Source of the DNA: Centroscyllium fabricii
Lineage: Eukaryota
Assembly (NCBI GenBank): GCA_051313645.2
Contig: JBNRSN020000118.1
Location: forward strand, 992,001 to 1,056,000
Direction: 5' to 3'
DNA: 64,000 nucleotides
The position numbers and the translations under genes were made by a program. The notes below the pieces were generated by a model that made no database searches, was not told the DNA's origin, and worked only from the letters and a program-made list of their open reading frames with translations. Shown here in pieces: positions 30,390-46,159 of this stretch (positions within the stretch are counted from its first letter, which is position 1; every line of letters begins with the position of its first letter).

Positions 30390-32130
30390 CAGATGTTCAC
30401 CTTTTTTGGTGCACACTGTACAGATGCTCATCTTGTTGTGGTGCAAACTGTACAGATGTTCATCATGTTGTGGTACACACTGTACAGATGTTCATCATGT
30501 TGTGGTGCACACTGTACAGATGTTCATCTTGTTGTGGTGCACACTGTACAGATGTTCCTCATGTTGTGGTGCACACTGTACAGATGTACATCTTGTTGTG
30601 GTGCACACTGTACAGATGTTCATCATGTTGTGATGCACACTGTACAGATGTTCATCATGTTGTGGTGCACACTGTACAGATGTTCTTCATGTTGTGGTGC
30701 ACACTGTACAGATGTTCACCTTCTTGTGGTGTACACAGTACAGATGTTCATCAAGTTGTGGTGCACACTGTACTGATGTTCCTCATGGTGTGGTGCACAC
30801 TGTACAGATGTTCATCATGTTGTGGTGCACACTGTACAGATGTTCATCTTGTTGTGGTGCACGCTGTACAGATGTTCATCATGTTGTGGAGCACACTGTA
30901 CAGATGTTCATCATGTTGTGGTGCACAATGTACAGATGTTCATCAAGTTGTGGTGCACAATGTACAGATGTTCATCTTGTTGTGGTGCACACTGTACTGA
31001 TGTTCATCGTGTTGTGTTGCGCACTGTACAGATGTTCATCTTGTTGTGGTGCACACGGTACAGATGTTCATCATGTTGTGGTGCACATTGTACAGATGTT
31101 CATCTTGTTGTGGTGCACATTGTACAGATGTTCACCATGTTGTGGTGCACACTGTACAGCTGTTCATCTTGTTGTGTTGCACACTGTACAGATGTTCATC
31201 TTGTTGTGTTGCACACTGTACAGATGTTCATCTTGTTGTGGTGCACACTGTACAGATGTTCATCATATTGTTGGTGCACACTGTACAGATGTTCATCTTG
31301 TTGTGGTGCACACTGTACAGATGTTCATCATGTTGTGGTGCACACTGTACAGATGTTCATCATGTTGTGGTGCACACTGTACAGATGTTCACCTTTTTTG
31401 GTGCACACTGTACAGATGCTCATCTTGTTGTGGTGCAAACTGTACAGATGTTCATCATGTTGTGGTACACACTGTACAGATGTTCATCATGTTGTGGTGC
31501 ACACTGTACAGATGTTCATCTTGTTGTGGTGCACACTGTACAGATGTTCATCATGTTGTGGTGCACACTGTACAGATGTACATCTTGTTGTGGTGCACAC
31601 TGTACAGATGTTCATCATGTTGTGGTGCACACTGTACAGATGTTCATCATGTTGTGGTGCACACTGTACAGATGTTCACCTTCTTGTGGTGTACACAGTA
31701 CAGATGTTCATCATGTTGTGGTGCACACTGTACAGATGTTCCTCATGGTGTGGTGCACACTGTACAGATCTTCATCATGTTGTGGTGCACACTGTACAGA
31801 TGTTCATCTTGTTGTGGTGCACGCTGTACAGATGTTCATCATGTTGTGGAGCACACTGTACAGATGTTCATCATGTTGTGGTGCACAATGTACAGATGTT
31901 CATCATGTTGTGGTGCACACTGTACAGATGTTCATCTTGTTGTGGTGCACACTGTACAGATGTTCATCGTGTTGTGTTGCGGACTGTACAGATGTTCATC
32001 TTGTTGTGGTGCACACGGTACAGATGTTCATCATCTTGTGGTGCACATTGTACAGATGTTCATCTTGTTGTGGTGCACATTGTACAGATATTCACCATGT
32101 TGTGGTGCACACTGTACAGATGTTCATCAT
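30390..32130. repeat. Local ~960-bp (30-monomer) repeat
   Basis: caccttcttg at 30717/31677, cacgctg at 30860/31820, gttgcg at 31016/31976. Confidence 0.7.
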
Positions 32131-33539
32131 GTTGTGTTGCACACTGTACAGATGTTCATCATGTTGTAGTGCACACTGTGCAGATGTTCATCTTGTTGTG
32201 GTGCACACTGTACAGATGTTCATCTTGTTGTGGAGCACATTGTACAGATGTTCATCATGTTGTGGTGCATACTGTACAGATGTAAATCTTGTTGTGGTAC
32301 ACACTGTACAGATGTTCATCATGTTGTGGTGCACACTTTACAGATGTTCATCATGCTGTTGAACACACTGTACAGATGCTCATCTTGTTGTGGTGCAAAC
32401 TGTACAGATGTTCATCATGTTGTGGTACACAATGTACAGATGTTCATCATGTTGTGGTGCACACTGTACTGATGTTCATCTTGTTGTGGTGCACACTGTA
32501 CAGATGTTCGTCATGTTGTGGTGCACACTGTACAGATGTTCATCATGTTGTGGTGCACACTGTACAGATGTTCACCTTTTTTGGTGCACACTGTACAGAT
32601 GCTCATCTTGTTGTGGTGCAAACTGTACAGATGTTCATCATGTTGTGGTACACACTGTACAGATGTTCATCATGTTGTGGTGCACACTGTACAGATGTTC
32701 ATCTTGTTGTGGTGCACAATGTACAGATGTTCATCATGTTGTGGAGCACACTGTACAGATGTACATCTTGTTGTGGTGCACACTGTACAGATGTTCATCA
32801 TGTTGTGGTGCACACTGTACAGATGTTCATCATGTTGTGGTGCACACTGTACAGATGTTCAACATGTTGTGGTGCACACTGTACAGATGTTCACCTTCTT
32901 GTGGTGTACACAGTACAGATGTTCATCATGTTGTGGTGCACACTGTACAGATGTTCCTCATGTTGTGGTGCACACTGTACAGATGTTCATCATGTTGTGG
33001 TGCACACTGTACAGATGTTCATCTTGTTGTGGTGCACAATGTACAGATGTTCATCATGTTGTGGAGCACACTGTACAGATGTTCATCATGTTGTGGTGCA
33101 CAATGTACAGATGTTCATCATGTTGTGGTGCACACTGTACAGATGTTCATCTTGTTGTGGTGCACACTGTACAGATGTTCATCGTGTTGTGTTGCACACT
33201 GTACAGATGTTCATCTTGTTGTGGTGCACACGGTAGAGATGTTCATCATGTTGTGGTGCACATTGTACAGATGTTCATCTTGTTGTGGTGCACATTGTAC
33301 AGATGTTCACCATGTTGTGGTGCACACTGTACAGATGTTCATCTTGTTGTGGTGCACACTGTACAGATGTACATCTTGTTGTGGTGCACACTGTACAGAT
33401 GTACATCTTGTTGTGGAGCCCATTGTACAGATGTTCATCATGTTGTGGTGCATACTGTACAGATGTACATCTTGTTGTGGAGCACACTGTACAGATGTTC
33501 ATCATGTTGTGGTGCACACTGTACAGATGTTCATCATGT

Positions 33540-36500
33540 TGTGGTGCACACTGTACAGATGTTCACATTTTTGCTGCACACTGTACAGATGCTCATCTTG
33601 TTGTGGTGCAAACTGTACAGATGTTCATCATGTTGTGGTACACACTGTACATATGTTCATCTTGTTGTTGTGCACACTGTACAGATGTTCATCTTGTTGT
33701 GGTGCACACTGTACATATGTTCATCATGTTGTAGTGCACACTGTACAGATGTTCATCTTGTTGTGGTGCACACTGTAAAGATGTTCATCTTGTTGAGGTG
33801 CACACTACACAGATGATCATCATGTTGTGGTGCACACTGTACAGATGTACATCTTGTTGTGGTGCACACTGTACAGATGTTCATCATGTTGTGGTGCACA
33901 CTGTACAGATGTTCATCATATTGTGGTGCACACTGTACAGATGTTCATCATGTTGTGGTACACACTGTACAGATGTTCACCTTCTTGTGGTGTACACAGT
34001 ACAGATGTTCATCATGTTGTGGTGCACACTGTACAGATGTTCCTCATGTTGTGGTGCACACTGTACAGATGTTCATCATGTTGTGGTGCACACTGTACAG
34101 ATGTTCATCTTGTTGTGCTGCACACTGTACAGATGTTCATCATGATGTGGAGCACACTTCACTGATGTTCATCATGTTGTGGTGCACAATGCACACATTT
34201 TCATCATGTTGTGGTGCACACTGTACAGATGTTCATCTTGTTGTGGTGCACACTGTACAGATGTTCATCTTGTTGTGTTGCACACTGTACAGATGTTCAT
34301 CTTGTTGTGGTGCACACTGTACAGATGTTCATCATGTTGTGGTGCACATTTTAGAGATGTTCATCTTGTTGTGGTGCACATTGTACAGATGTTCAGCATG
34401 TTGTGGTGCACACTGTACATATGTTCATCTTGTTGTGGTGCACACTGTACAGATGTTCATCATGTTGTGGTGCACACTGTACAGATGTTCATCATGGTGT
34501 GGTGCACAATGTACAGATGTTCATCTTGTTGTGGTGCACAGTGTACAGATGTTCATCATGTTGTGGTGCACATTGTACAGATGTTCATCATGGTGTGGTG
34601 CACACTGAACAGATGTTCATCATGTTGTGGTGCACACTGTACAGATGTTCATCATGTTGTGGTGCACAATGTACAGATGTTCATCTTGTTGTGGTGCACA
34701 CTGTACAGATGTTCATCATGTTGTGGTGCACACTGTACAGATGTTCATCATGTTGTGGTGCACACTGTACAGATGTTCATCATGTTGTGGTGCACACTGT
34801 ACAGATGTTCATCATGTTGTGGTGCACACTGTACAAATGTTCATCTTATTGTGTTGCACACTGTACAGATGTTCATCTTGTTGTGGTGCACACTGTACAG
34901 ATGTTCATCATGTTGAGGTGTACACTGTACAGATGTTCATCTTGTTGTGGTGCACAATGTACAGATGTTCATCTTGTTGTGGTGCACACTGTACAGATGT
35001 TCATCATATTGTGGTGCACACTGTACAGATGTTCATCTTGTTGTGCTGCACACTGTACAGATGTTCATCATGTTGTGGTGCACACTGTACAGATGTTCAT
35101 CATGTTGTGGTGCACACTGTACAGATGTTCACCTTTTTTGGTGCACACTGTACAGATGCTCATCTTGTTGTGGTGCAAACTGTACAGATGTTGATCATGT
35201 TGTGGTACACACTGTACAGATGTTCATCATGTTGTGGTGCACACTGCACAGATGTTCATCTTGTTGTGGTTCACACTGTACAGATGTTCATCATGTTGTA
35301 GTGCACACTGTACAGATGTTCATCTTGTTGTGGTGCACACTGTACAGATGTTCATCTTGTTGTGGTGCACACTGTACAGATGTTCATCATGTTATGGTGC
35401 ACACTGTACAGATGTACATCTTGTTGTGGTGCACACTTTACAGATGTTCATCATGTTGTGGTGCACACTGTACAGATGATCATCATGTTGTGGTTACCAC
35501 TGTACAGATGTTCATCATGTTGTGGTGCACACTGTACAGCTGTTCATCATGTTGTAGCGCACACTGTACAGATGTTCATCCTGTTGTGGTGCACACTGTA
35601 CAGATGTTCATCTTGTTGAGGTGCACACTACACAGATGTTCATCATGTTGTGGTGCACACTGTACAGATGTACATCTTGTTGTGGTGCACACTGTACAGA
35701 TGTTCATCATGTTGTGGTGCACACTGTACAGATGATCATCATGTTGTGGTGCACACTGTACAGATGTTCATCATGTTGTGGTGCACACTGTACAGATGTT
35801 CACCTTCTTGTGGTGTACACAGTACAGATGTTCATCATGTTGTGGTGCACACTGTACAGATGTTCCTCATGTTGTTGTGCACACTGTACGGATGTTGATC
35901 ATGTTGTGGTGCACACTGTACAGATGTTCATCTTGTTGTGGAGCACACTGTACAGATGTTCATCATGTTGTGGAGCACACTGTACAGATGTTCATCATGT
36001 TGTGGTGCACAATGTACACATGTTCATCATGTTGTGGTGCTCACTGTACAGATGTTCATCTTGTTGTGGTGCACACTGTACAGATGTTCATCTTGTTGAG
36101 GTGCACACTACACAGATGTTCATCATGTTGTGGTGCACACTGTACAGATGTACATCTTGTTGTGGTGCACACTGTACAGATGTTCATCATGTTGTGGTGC
36201 ACACTGTACAGATGATCATCATGTTGTGGTGCACACTGTACAGATGTTCATCATGTTGTGGTGCACACTGTACAGATGTTCACCTTTTTTGGTGCCCACT
36301 GTACAGATGCTCACCTTGTTGTGGTTCAAACTGTACAGATGTTCATCATGTTGTGGTACACACTGTACAGATGTTCATCATGTTGTGGTGCACACTGTAC
36401 AGATGTTCATCTTGTTGTGGTGCACACTGTACAGATGTTCATCATGTTGTAGTGCACACTGTACAGATGTTCATCTTGTTGTGGTGCGCACTGTACAGAT

Positions 36501-39500
36501 GTTCATCTTGTTGAGGTGCACACTACACAGATGTTCATCATGTTGTGGTGAACACTGTACAGATGTTCATCTTGTTGTGGTGCACACTGTACAGATGTTC
36601 ATCTTGTTGTGGTGCACACTGTACAGATGTTCATCATATTGTGGTGCACACTGTACAGATGTTCATCTTGTTGTGCAGCACACTGCACAGATGTTCGTCA
36701 TGTTGTGGTGCACACTGTACAGATGTTCATCATGTTGTGGTGCACACTGTACAGATTTTCACCTTTTTTGGTGCACACTGTACAGATGTTCATCTTGTTG
36801 TGGTGCAAACTGTACAGATGTTGATCATGTTGTGGTACACACTGTACAGATGTTCATCATGTTGTGGTGCACACTGCACAGATGTTCATCTTGTTGTGGT
36901 TCACACTGTACAGATGTTCATCATGTTGTAGTGCACACTGTACAGATGTTCATCTTGTTGTGGTGCACACTGTACAGATGTTCATCTTGTTGTGGTGCAC
37001 ACTGTACAGATGTTCATCATGTTGTGGTGCACACTGTACAGATGTACATCTTGTTGTGGTGCACACTTTACAGATGTTCATCATGTTGTGGTGCACACTT
37101 TACAGATGTTCATCATGCTGTTGTGCACACTGTACAGATGCTCATCTTGTTGTGGTGCAAAATGAACAGATGTTCATCATGTTGTGGTACACACTGTACA
37201 GATGTTCATCATGTTGTGGTGCACACTGTACAGATGTTCATCTTGTTGTGGTGCACACTGTACAGATGTTCGTCATGTTGTGGTGCACACTGTACAGATG
37301 TTCATCATGTTGTGGTGCACACTGTACAGATGTTCACATTTTTGCTGCACACTGTACAGATGCTCATCTTGTTGTGGTGCAAACTGTACAGATGTTCATC
37401 ATGTTGTGGTACACACTGTACATATGTTCATCTTGTTGTTGTGCACACTGTACAGATGTTCATCTTGTTGTGGTGCACACTGTACATATGTTCATCATGT
37501 TGTAGTGCACACTGTACAGATGTTCATCTTGTTGTGGTGCACACTGTAAAGATGTTCATCTTGTTGAGGTGCACACTACACAGATGATCATCATGTTGTG
37601 GTGCACACTATAGAGATGTACATCTTGTTGTGGTGCACACTGTACAGATGTTCATCATGTTGTGGTGCACACTGTACAGATGTTCATCATGTTGTGTTGC
37701 ACACTGTACAGATGTTCATCATGTTGTGGTACACACTGTACAGGTGTTCACCTTCTTGTGGTGTACACAGTACAGATGTTCATCATGTTGTGGTGCACAC
37801 TGTACAGATGTTCCTCATGTTGTGGTGCACACTGTACAGATGTTCATCATGTTGTGGTGCACACTGTACAGATGTTCATCTTGTTGTGCTGCACACTGTA
37901 CAGATGTTCATCATGATGTGGAGCACACTTCACTGATGTTCATCATGTTGTGGTGCACAATGCACACATTTTCATCATGTTGTGGTGCACACTGTACAGA
38001 TGTTCATCTTGTTGTGGTGCACACTGTACAGATGTTCATCTTGTTGTGTTGCACACTGTACAGATGTTCATCTTGTTGTGGTGCACACTGTAGAGATGTT
38101 CATCATGTTGTGGTGCACATTTTAGAGATGTTCATCTTGTTGTGGTGCACATTGTACAGATGTTCAGCATGTTGTGGTGCACACTGTACATATGTTCATC
38201 TTGTTGTGGTGCACACTGTACAGATGTTCATCATGTTGTGGTGCACACTGTGCAGATGTTCATCTTGTTGTGGTGCACACTGTACAGATGTTCATCATGT
38301 TGTGGTGCACACTGTACAGATGTTCATCATGGTGTGGTGCACAATGTACAGATGTTCATCTTGTTGTGGTGCACAGTGTACAGATGTTCATCATGTTGTG
38401 GTGCACATTGTACAGATGTTCATCATGGTGTGGTGCACACTGAACAGATGTTCATCATGTTGTGGTGCACACTGTACAGATGTTCATCATGTTGTGGTGC
38501 ACAATGTACAGATGTTCATCTTGTTGTGGTGCACACTGTACAGATGTTCATCATGTTGTGGTGCACACTGTACAGATGTTCATCATGTTGTGGTGCACAC
38601 TGTACAGATGTTCATCATGTTGTGGTGCACACTGTACAGATGTTCATCATGTTGTGGTGCTCACTGTACAAATGTTCATCTTATTGTGTTGCACACTGTA
38701 CAGATGTTCATCTTGTTGTGGTGCACACTGTACAGATGTTCATCAGGTTGTGGTGCACACTGTACAGATGTTCATCTTGTTGTGGTGCACAATGTACAGA
38801 TGTTCATCTTGTTGTGGTGCACACTGTACAGATGTTCATCATATTGTGATGCACACTGTACAGATGTTCATCTTGTTGTGCTGCACACTGTACAGATGTT
38901 CATCATGTTGTGGTGCACACTGTACAGATGTTCATCATGTTGTGGTGCACACTGTACAGATGTTCACCTTTTTTGGTGCACACTGTACAGATGTTCATCT
39001 TGTTGTGGTGCAAACTGTACAGATGTTGATCATGTTGTGGTACACACTGTACAGATGTTCATCATGTTGTGGTGCACACTGCACAGATGTTCATCTTGTT
39101 GTGGTTCACACTGTACAGATGTTCATCATGTTGTAGTGCACACTGTACAGATATTCATCTTGTTGTGGTGCACACTGTACAGATGTTCATCTTGTTGTGG
39201 TGCACACTGTACAGATGTTCATCATGTTGTGGTGCACACTGTACAGATGTACATCTTTTTGTGGTGCACACTTTACAGATGTTCATCATGTTGTGGTGCA
39301 CATTTTAGAGATGTTCATCTTGTTGTGGTGCACATTGTACAGATGTTCAGCATGTTGTGGTGCACACTGTACATATGTTCATCTTGTTGTGGTGCACACT
39401 GTACAGATGTTCATCATGTTGTGGTGCACACTGTGCAGATGTTCATCTTGTTGTGGTGCACACTGTACAGATGTTCATCATGTTGTGGTGCACACTGTAC

Positions 39501-42500
39501 AGATGTTCATCATGGTGTGGTGCACAATGTACAGATGTTCATCTTGTTGTGGTGCACAGTGTACAGATGTTCATCATGTTGTGGTGCACATTGTACAGAT
39601 GTTCATCATGGTGTGGTGCACACTGAACAGATGTTCATCATGTTGTGGTGCACACTGTACAGATGTTCATCATGTTGTGGTGCACAATGTACAGATGTTC
39701 ATCTTGTTGTGGTGCACACTGTACAGATGTTCATCATGTTGTGGTGCACACTGTACAGATGTTCATCATGTTGTGGTGCACACTGTACAGATGTTCATCA
39801 TGTTGTGGTGCACACTGTACAGATGTTCATCATGTTGTGGTGCTCACTGTACAAATGTTCATCTTATTGTGTTGCACACTGTACAGATGTTCATCTTGTT
39901 GTGGTGCACACTGTACAGATGTTCATCAGGTTGTGGTGCACACTGTACAGATGTTCACCTTGTTGTGGTGCACAATGTACAGATGTTCATCTTGTTGTGG
40001 TGCACACTGTACAGATGTTCATCATATTGTGATGCACACTGTACAGATGTTCATCTTGTTGTGCTGCACACTGTACAGATGTTCATCATGTTGTGGTGCA
40101 CACTGTACAGATGTTCATCATGTTGTGGTGCACACTGTACAGATGTTCACCTTTTTTGGTGCACACTGTACAGATGTTCATCTTGTTGTGGTGCAAACTG
40201 TACAGATGTTGATCATGTTGTGGTACACACTGTACAGATGTTCATCATGTTGTGGTGCACACTGCACAGATGTTCATCTTGTTGTGGTTCACACTGTACA
40301 GATGTTCATCATGTTGTAGTGCACACTGTACAGATGTTCATCTTGTTGTGGTGCACACTGTACAGATGTTCATCTTGTTGTGGTGCACACTGTACAGATG
40401 TTCATCATGTTGTGGTGCACACTGTACAGATGTACATCTTTTTGTGGTGCACACTTTACAGATGTTCATCATGTTGTGGTGCACACTGTACAGATGATCA
40501 TCATGTTGTGGTTACCACAGTACAGATGTTCATCTTGTTGTGGTGCACACTGTACAGCTGTTCATCATGTTGTAGCGCACACTGTACAGATGTTCATCTT
40601 GTTGAGGTGCACACTACACAGATGATCATCATGTTGTGGTGCACACTGTACAGATGTACATCTTGTTGTGGTGCACACTGTACAGATGTTCATCATGTTG
40701 TGGTGCACACTGTACAGATTATCATCATGTTGTGGTGCACACTGTACAGATGTTCATCATGTTGTGGTGCACACTGTACAGATGTTCACCTTCTTGTGGT
40801 GTACACAGTACAGATGTTCATCATGTTGTGGTGCACACTGTACAGATGTTCCTCATGTTGTTGTGCACACTGTACGGATGTTGATCATGTTGTGGTGCAC
40901 ACTGTACAGATGTTCATCTTGTTGTGGAGCACACTGTACAGATGTTCATCATGTTGTGGAGCACACTGTACAGATGTTCATCATGTTGTGGTGCACAATG
41001 TACACATGTTCATCATGTTGTGGTGCTCACTGTACAGATGTTCATCTTGTTGTGGTGCACACTGTACAGATGTTCATCTTGTTGAGGTGCACACTACACA
41101 GATGTTCATCATGTTGTGGTGCACACTGTACAGATGTACATCTTGTTGTGGTGCACACTGTACAGATGTTCATCATGTTGTGGTGCACACTGTACAGATG
41201 ATCATCATGTTGTGGTGCACACTGTACAGATGTTCATCATGTTGTGGTGCACACTGTACAGATGTTCACCTTTTTTGGTGCACACTGTACAGATGCTCAC
41301 CTTGTTGTGGTTCAAACTGTACAGATGTTCATCATGTTGTGGTACACACTGTACAGATGTTCATCATGTTGTGGTGCACACTGTACAGATGTTCATCTTG
41401 TTGTGGTGCACACTGTACAGATGTTCATCATGTTGTAGTGCACACTGTACAGATGTTCATCTTGTTGTGGTGCGCACTGTACAGATGTTCATCTTGTTGA
41501 GGTGCACACTACACAGATGTTCATCATGTTGTGGTGCACACTGTACAGATGTTCATCTTGTTGTGGTGCACACTGTACAGATGTTCATCTTGTTGTGGTG
41601 CACACTGTACAGATGTTCATCATATTGTGGTGCACACTGTACAGATGTTCATCTTGTTGTGCAGCACACTGTACAGATGTTCATCATGTTGTGGTGCACA
41701 CTGTACAGATGTTCATCATGTTGTGGTGCACACTGTACAGATGTTCACCTTTTTTGGTGCACACTGTACAGATGTTCATCTTGTTGTGGTGCAAACTGTA
41801 CAGATGTTGATCATGTTGTGGTACACACTGTACAGATGTTCATCATGTTGTGGTGCACACTGCACAGATGTTCATCTTGTTGTGGTTCACACTGTACAGA
41901 TGTTCATCATGTTGTAGTGCACACTGTACAGATGTTCATCTTGTTGTGGTGCACACTGTACAGATGTTCATCTTGTTGTGGTGCACACTGTACAGATGTT
42001 CATCATGTTGTGGTGCACACTGTACAGATGTACATCTTGTTGTGGTGCACACTTTACAGATGTTCATCATGTTGTGGTGCACACTTTACAGATGTTCATC
42101 ATGCTGTTGTGCACACTGTACAGATGCTCATCTTGTTGTGGTGCAAAATGAACAGATGTTCATCATGTTGTGGTACACACTGTACAGATGTTCATCATGT
42201 TGTGGTGCACACTGTACAGATGTTCATCTTGTTGTGGTGCACACTGTACAGATGTTCGTCATGTTGTGGTGCACACTGTACAGATGTTCATCATGTTGTG
42301 GTGCACACTGTACAGATGTTCACATTTTTGCTGCACACTGTACAGATGCTCATCTTGTTGTGGTGCAAACTGTACAGATGTTCATCATGTTGTGGTACAC
42401 ACTGTACATATGTTCATCTTGTTGTTGTGCACACTGTACAGATGTTCATCTTGTTGTGGTGCACACTGTACATATGTTCATCATGTTGTAGTGCACACTG

Positions 42501-44400
42501 TACAGATGTTCATCTTGTTGTGGTGCACACTGTAAAGATGTTCATCTTGTTGAGGTGCACACTACACAGATGATCATCATGTTGTGGTGCACACTGTACA
42601 GATGTACATCTTGTTGTGGTGCACACTTTACAGATGTTCATCATGTTGTGTTGCACACTGTACAGATGTTCATCATGTTGTGGTGCACACTGTACAGATG
42701 TTCATCATGTTGTGGTACACACTGTACAGATGTTCACCTTCTAGTGGTGTACACAGTACAGATGTTCATCATGTTGTGGTGCACACTGTACAGATGTTCC
42801 TCATGTTGTGGTGCACACTGTACAGATGTTCATCATGTTGTGGTGCACACTGTACAGATGTTCATCTTGTTGTGCTGCACACTGTACAGATGTTCATCAT
42901 GATGTGGAGCACACTTCACTGATGTTCATCATGTTGTGGTGCACAATGCACACATTTTCATCATGTTGTGGTGCACACTGTACAGATGTTCATCTTGTTG
43001 TGGTGCACACTGTACAGATGTTCATCTCGTTGTGTTGCACACTGTACAGATGTTCATCTTGTTGTGGTGCACACTGTACAGATGTTCATCATGTTGTGGT
43101 GCACATTTTAGAGATGTTCATCTTGTTGTGGTGCACATTGTACAGATGTTCAGCATGTTGTGGTGCACACTGTACATATGTTCATCTTGTTGTGGTGCAC
43201 ACTGTACAGATGTTCATCATGTTGTGGTGCACACTGTGCAGATGTTCATCTTGTTGTGGTGCACACTGTACAGATGTTCATCATGTTGTGGTGCACACTG
43301 TACAGATGTTCATCATGGTGTGGTGCACAATGTACAGATGTTCATCTTGTTGTGGTGCACAGTGTACAGATGTTCATCATGTTGTGGTGCACATTGTACA
43401 GATGTTCATCATGGTGTGGTGCACACTGAACAGATGTTCATCATGTTGTGGTGCACACTGTACAGATGTTCATCATGTTGTGGTGCACAATGTACAGATG
43501 TTCATCTTGTTGTGGTGCACACTGTGCAGATGTTCATCATGTTGTGGTGCACACTGTACAGATGTTCATCATGTTGTGGTGCACACTGTACAGATGTTCA
43601 TCATGTTGTGGTGCACACTGTACAAATGTTCATCTTATTGTGTTGCACACTGTACAGATGTTCAACTTGTTGTGGTGCACACTGTACAGATGTTCATCAG
43701 GTTGTGGTGCACACTGTACAGATGTTCATCTTGTTGTGGTGCACAATGTACAGATGTTCATCTTGTTGTGGTGCACACTGTACAGATGTTCATCATATTG
43801 TGGTGCACACTGTACAGATGTTCATCTTGTTGTGCTGCACACTGTACAGATGTTCATCATGTTGTGGTGCACACTGTACAGATGTTCATCATGTTGTGGT
43901 GCACACTGTACAGATGTTCACCTTTTTTGGTGCACACTGTACAGATGTTCATCTTGTTGTGGTGCAAACTGTACAGATGTTGATCATGTTGTGGTACACA
44001 CTGTACAGATGTTCATCATGTTGTGGTGCACACTGCACAGATGTTCATCTTGTTGTGGTTCACACTGTACAGATGTTCATCATGTTGTATTGCACACTGT
44101 ACAGATGTTCATCTTGTTGTGGTGCACACTGTACAGATGTTCATCTTGTTGTGGTGCACACTGTACAGATGTTCATCATGTTGTGGTGCACACTGTACAG
44201 ATGTACATCTTGTTGTGGTGCACACTTTACAGATGTTCATCATGTTGTGGTGCACACTGTACAGATGTTCATCATGTTGTGGTGCACACTGTACAGATGT
44301 TCATCTTGTTGTGGTGCTCACTGTACAGCTGTTCATCATGTTGTAGCGCACACTGTACAGATGTTCATCTTGTTGTGGTGCACACTGTACAGATGTTCAC
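33540..44400. repeat. ~3.8-kb higher-order repeat, about 3 copies; the second copy carries an internal 1183-bp tandem duplication
   Basis: The unique marker gagcacacttcactgatg...aatgcacacattttc occurs at 34150, 37921 and 42907 (spacings 3771 and 4986 = 3803+1183). ORF pairs 36130/41116 and 36864/41850 are offset by 4986. Confidence 0.88.
38110..40480. repeat. Tandem duplication of 1183 bp (37 monomers, one of them 31 bp)
   Basis: ORF pairs 38174/39357, 38462/39645 and 39069/40252 are offset by 1183. Shared variants: cattttagag, gctcactgtacaaatg, atattgtgatg. Confidence 0.9.
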
Positions 44401-46159
44401 CTTGTTGAGGTGCACACTACACAGATGTTCATCATGTTGTGGTGCACACTGTACAGATGTACATCTTGTTGTGGTGCACACTGTACAGATGTTCCTCATG
44501 TTGTGGTGCACACTGTACAGATGTTCACCTTCTTGTGGTGTACACATTACAGATGTTCATCATGTTGTGGTGCACAATGTACAGATGTTCCTCATGTTGT
44601 TGTGCACACTGTACGGATGTTGATCATGTTGTGGTGCACACTGTACAGATGTTCATCTTGTTGTGGAGCACACTGTACAGATGTTCATCATGTTGTGGAG
44701 CAAGCTGTACAGATGTTCATCATGTTGTGGTGCACAATGTACACATGTTCATCATGTTGTGGTGCTCACTGTACAGATGTTCATCTTGTTGTGGTGCACA
44801 CTGTACAGATGTTCATCTTGTTGAGGTGCACACTATACAGATGTTCATCATGTTGTGGTGCACACTGTACAGATGTACATCTTGTTGTGGTGCACACTGT
44901 ACAGATGTTCATCATCTTGTGGTGCACACTGTACAGATGTTCATCATGTTGTGGTGCACACTGTACAGATGTTCATCATGTTATGGTGCACACTGTACAG
45001 ATGTTCACCTTTTTTGGTGCACACTGTACAGATGCTCATCTTGTTGTGGTTCAAACTGTACAGATGTTCATCATGTTGTGGTACACACTGTACAGATGTT
45101 CATCATGTTGTGGTGCACACTGTACAGATGTTCATCTTGTTGTGGTGCACACTGTACAGATGTTCATCATGTTGTAGTGCACACTGTACAGATGTTCATC
45201 TTGTTGTGGTGCACACTGTACAGATGTTCATCTTGTTGAGGTGCACACTACACAGATGTTCATCATGTTGTGGTGCACACTGTACAGATGTACATCTTGT
45301 TGTGGTGCACACTGAACAGATGTTCATTATGTTGTGGTGCACACTGTACAGATGTTCATCATGTTGTGGTGCACACTGTACAGATGTTCATCATGTTGTG
45401 GTGCACACTGTACAGATGTTCACCTTCTTGTGGTGTACACAGTACAGATGCTCATCATGTTGTGGCGCACACTGTACAGGTGTTCCTCATGTTGTGGTGC
45501 ACACTGTACAGATGTTAATCATGTTGTGGTGCACACTGTACAGATGTTCATCTTGTTGTGGTGCACACTGTACAGATGTTCATCGTGATGTGGAGCACAC
45601 TGTACAGATGTTCATCATGTTGTGGTGCACAATGTACACATGTTCATCATGTTGTGGTGCACACTGTACAGATGTTCATCTTGTTGTGGTGCACACTGTA
45701 CAGATGTTCATCCTGTTGCGTTGCACACTGTACAGATGTACATCTTGTTGTGGTGCACACTGTACAGATGTTCAACATGTTGTGGTGCACCTTTTACAGA
45801 TGGTCATCTTGTTGTGGTGCACATTGTACAGATGTTCAGCATGTTGTGGTGCACACTGTACATATGTTCATCTTGTTGTTGTGCACACTGTACAGATGTT
45901 GATCATGTTTTAGTGCACACTGTGCGGATGTTCATCGTGTTGTGTTGCACACTGTACAGATGTTCATCATGTTGTGGTGCACATTGTACAGATGTTCATC
46001 ATGTTGTGGTGCACACTGTACAGATGTTCATCATGTTGTGGTGCACACTGTACAGATGTTCATCATGTTGTGGTGCACAATGTACAGATGTTCATCTTGT
46101 GGTGCACACTGTACAGATGTTCATCATGTTGTGGTGCACACTGTACAGATGTTCATCAT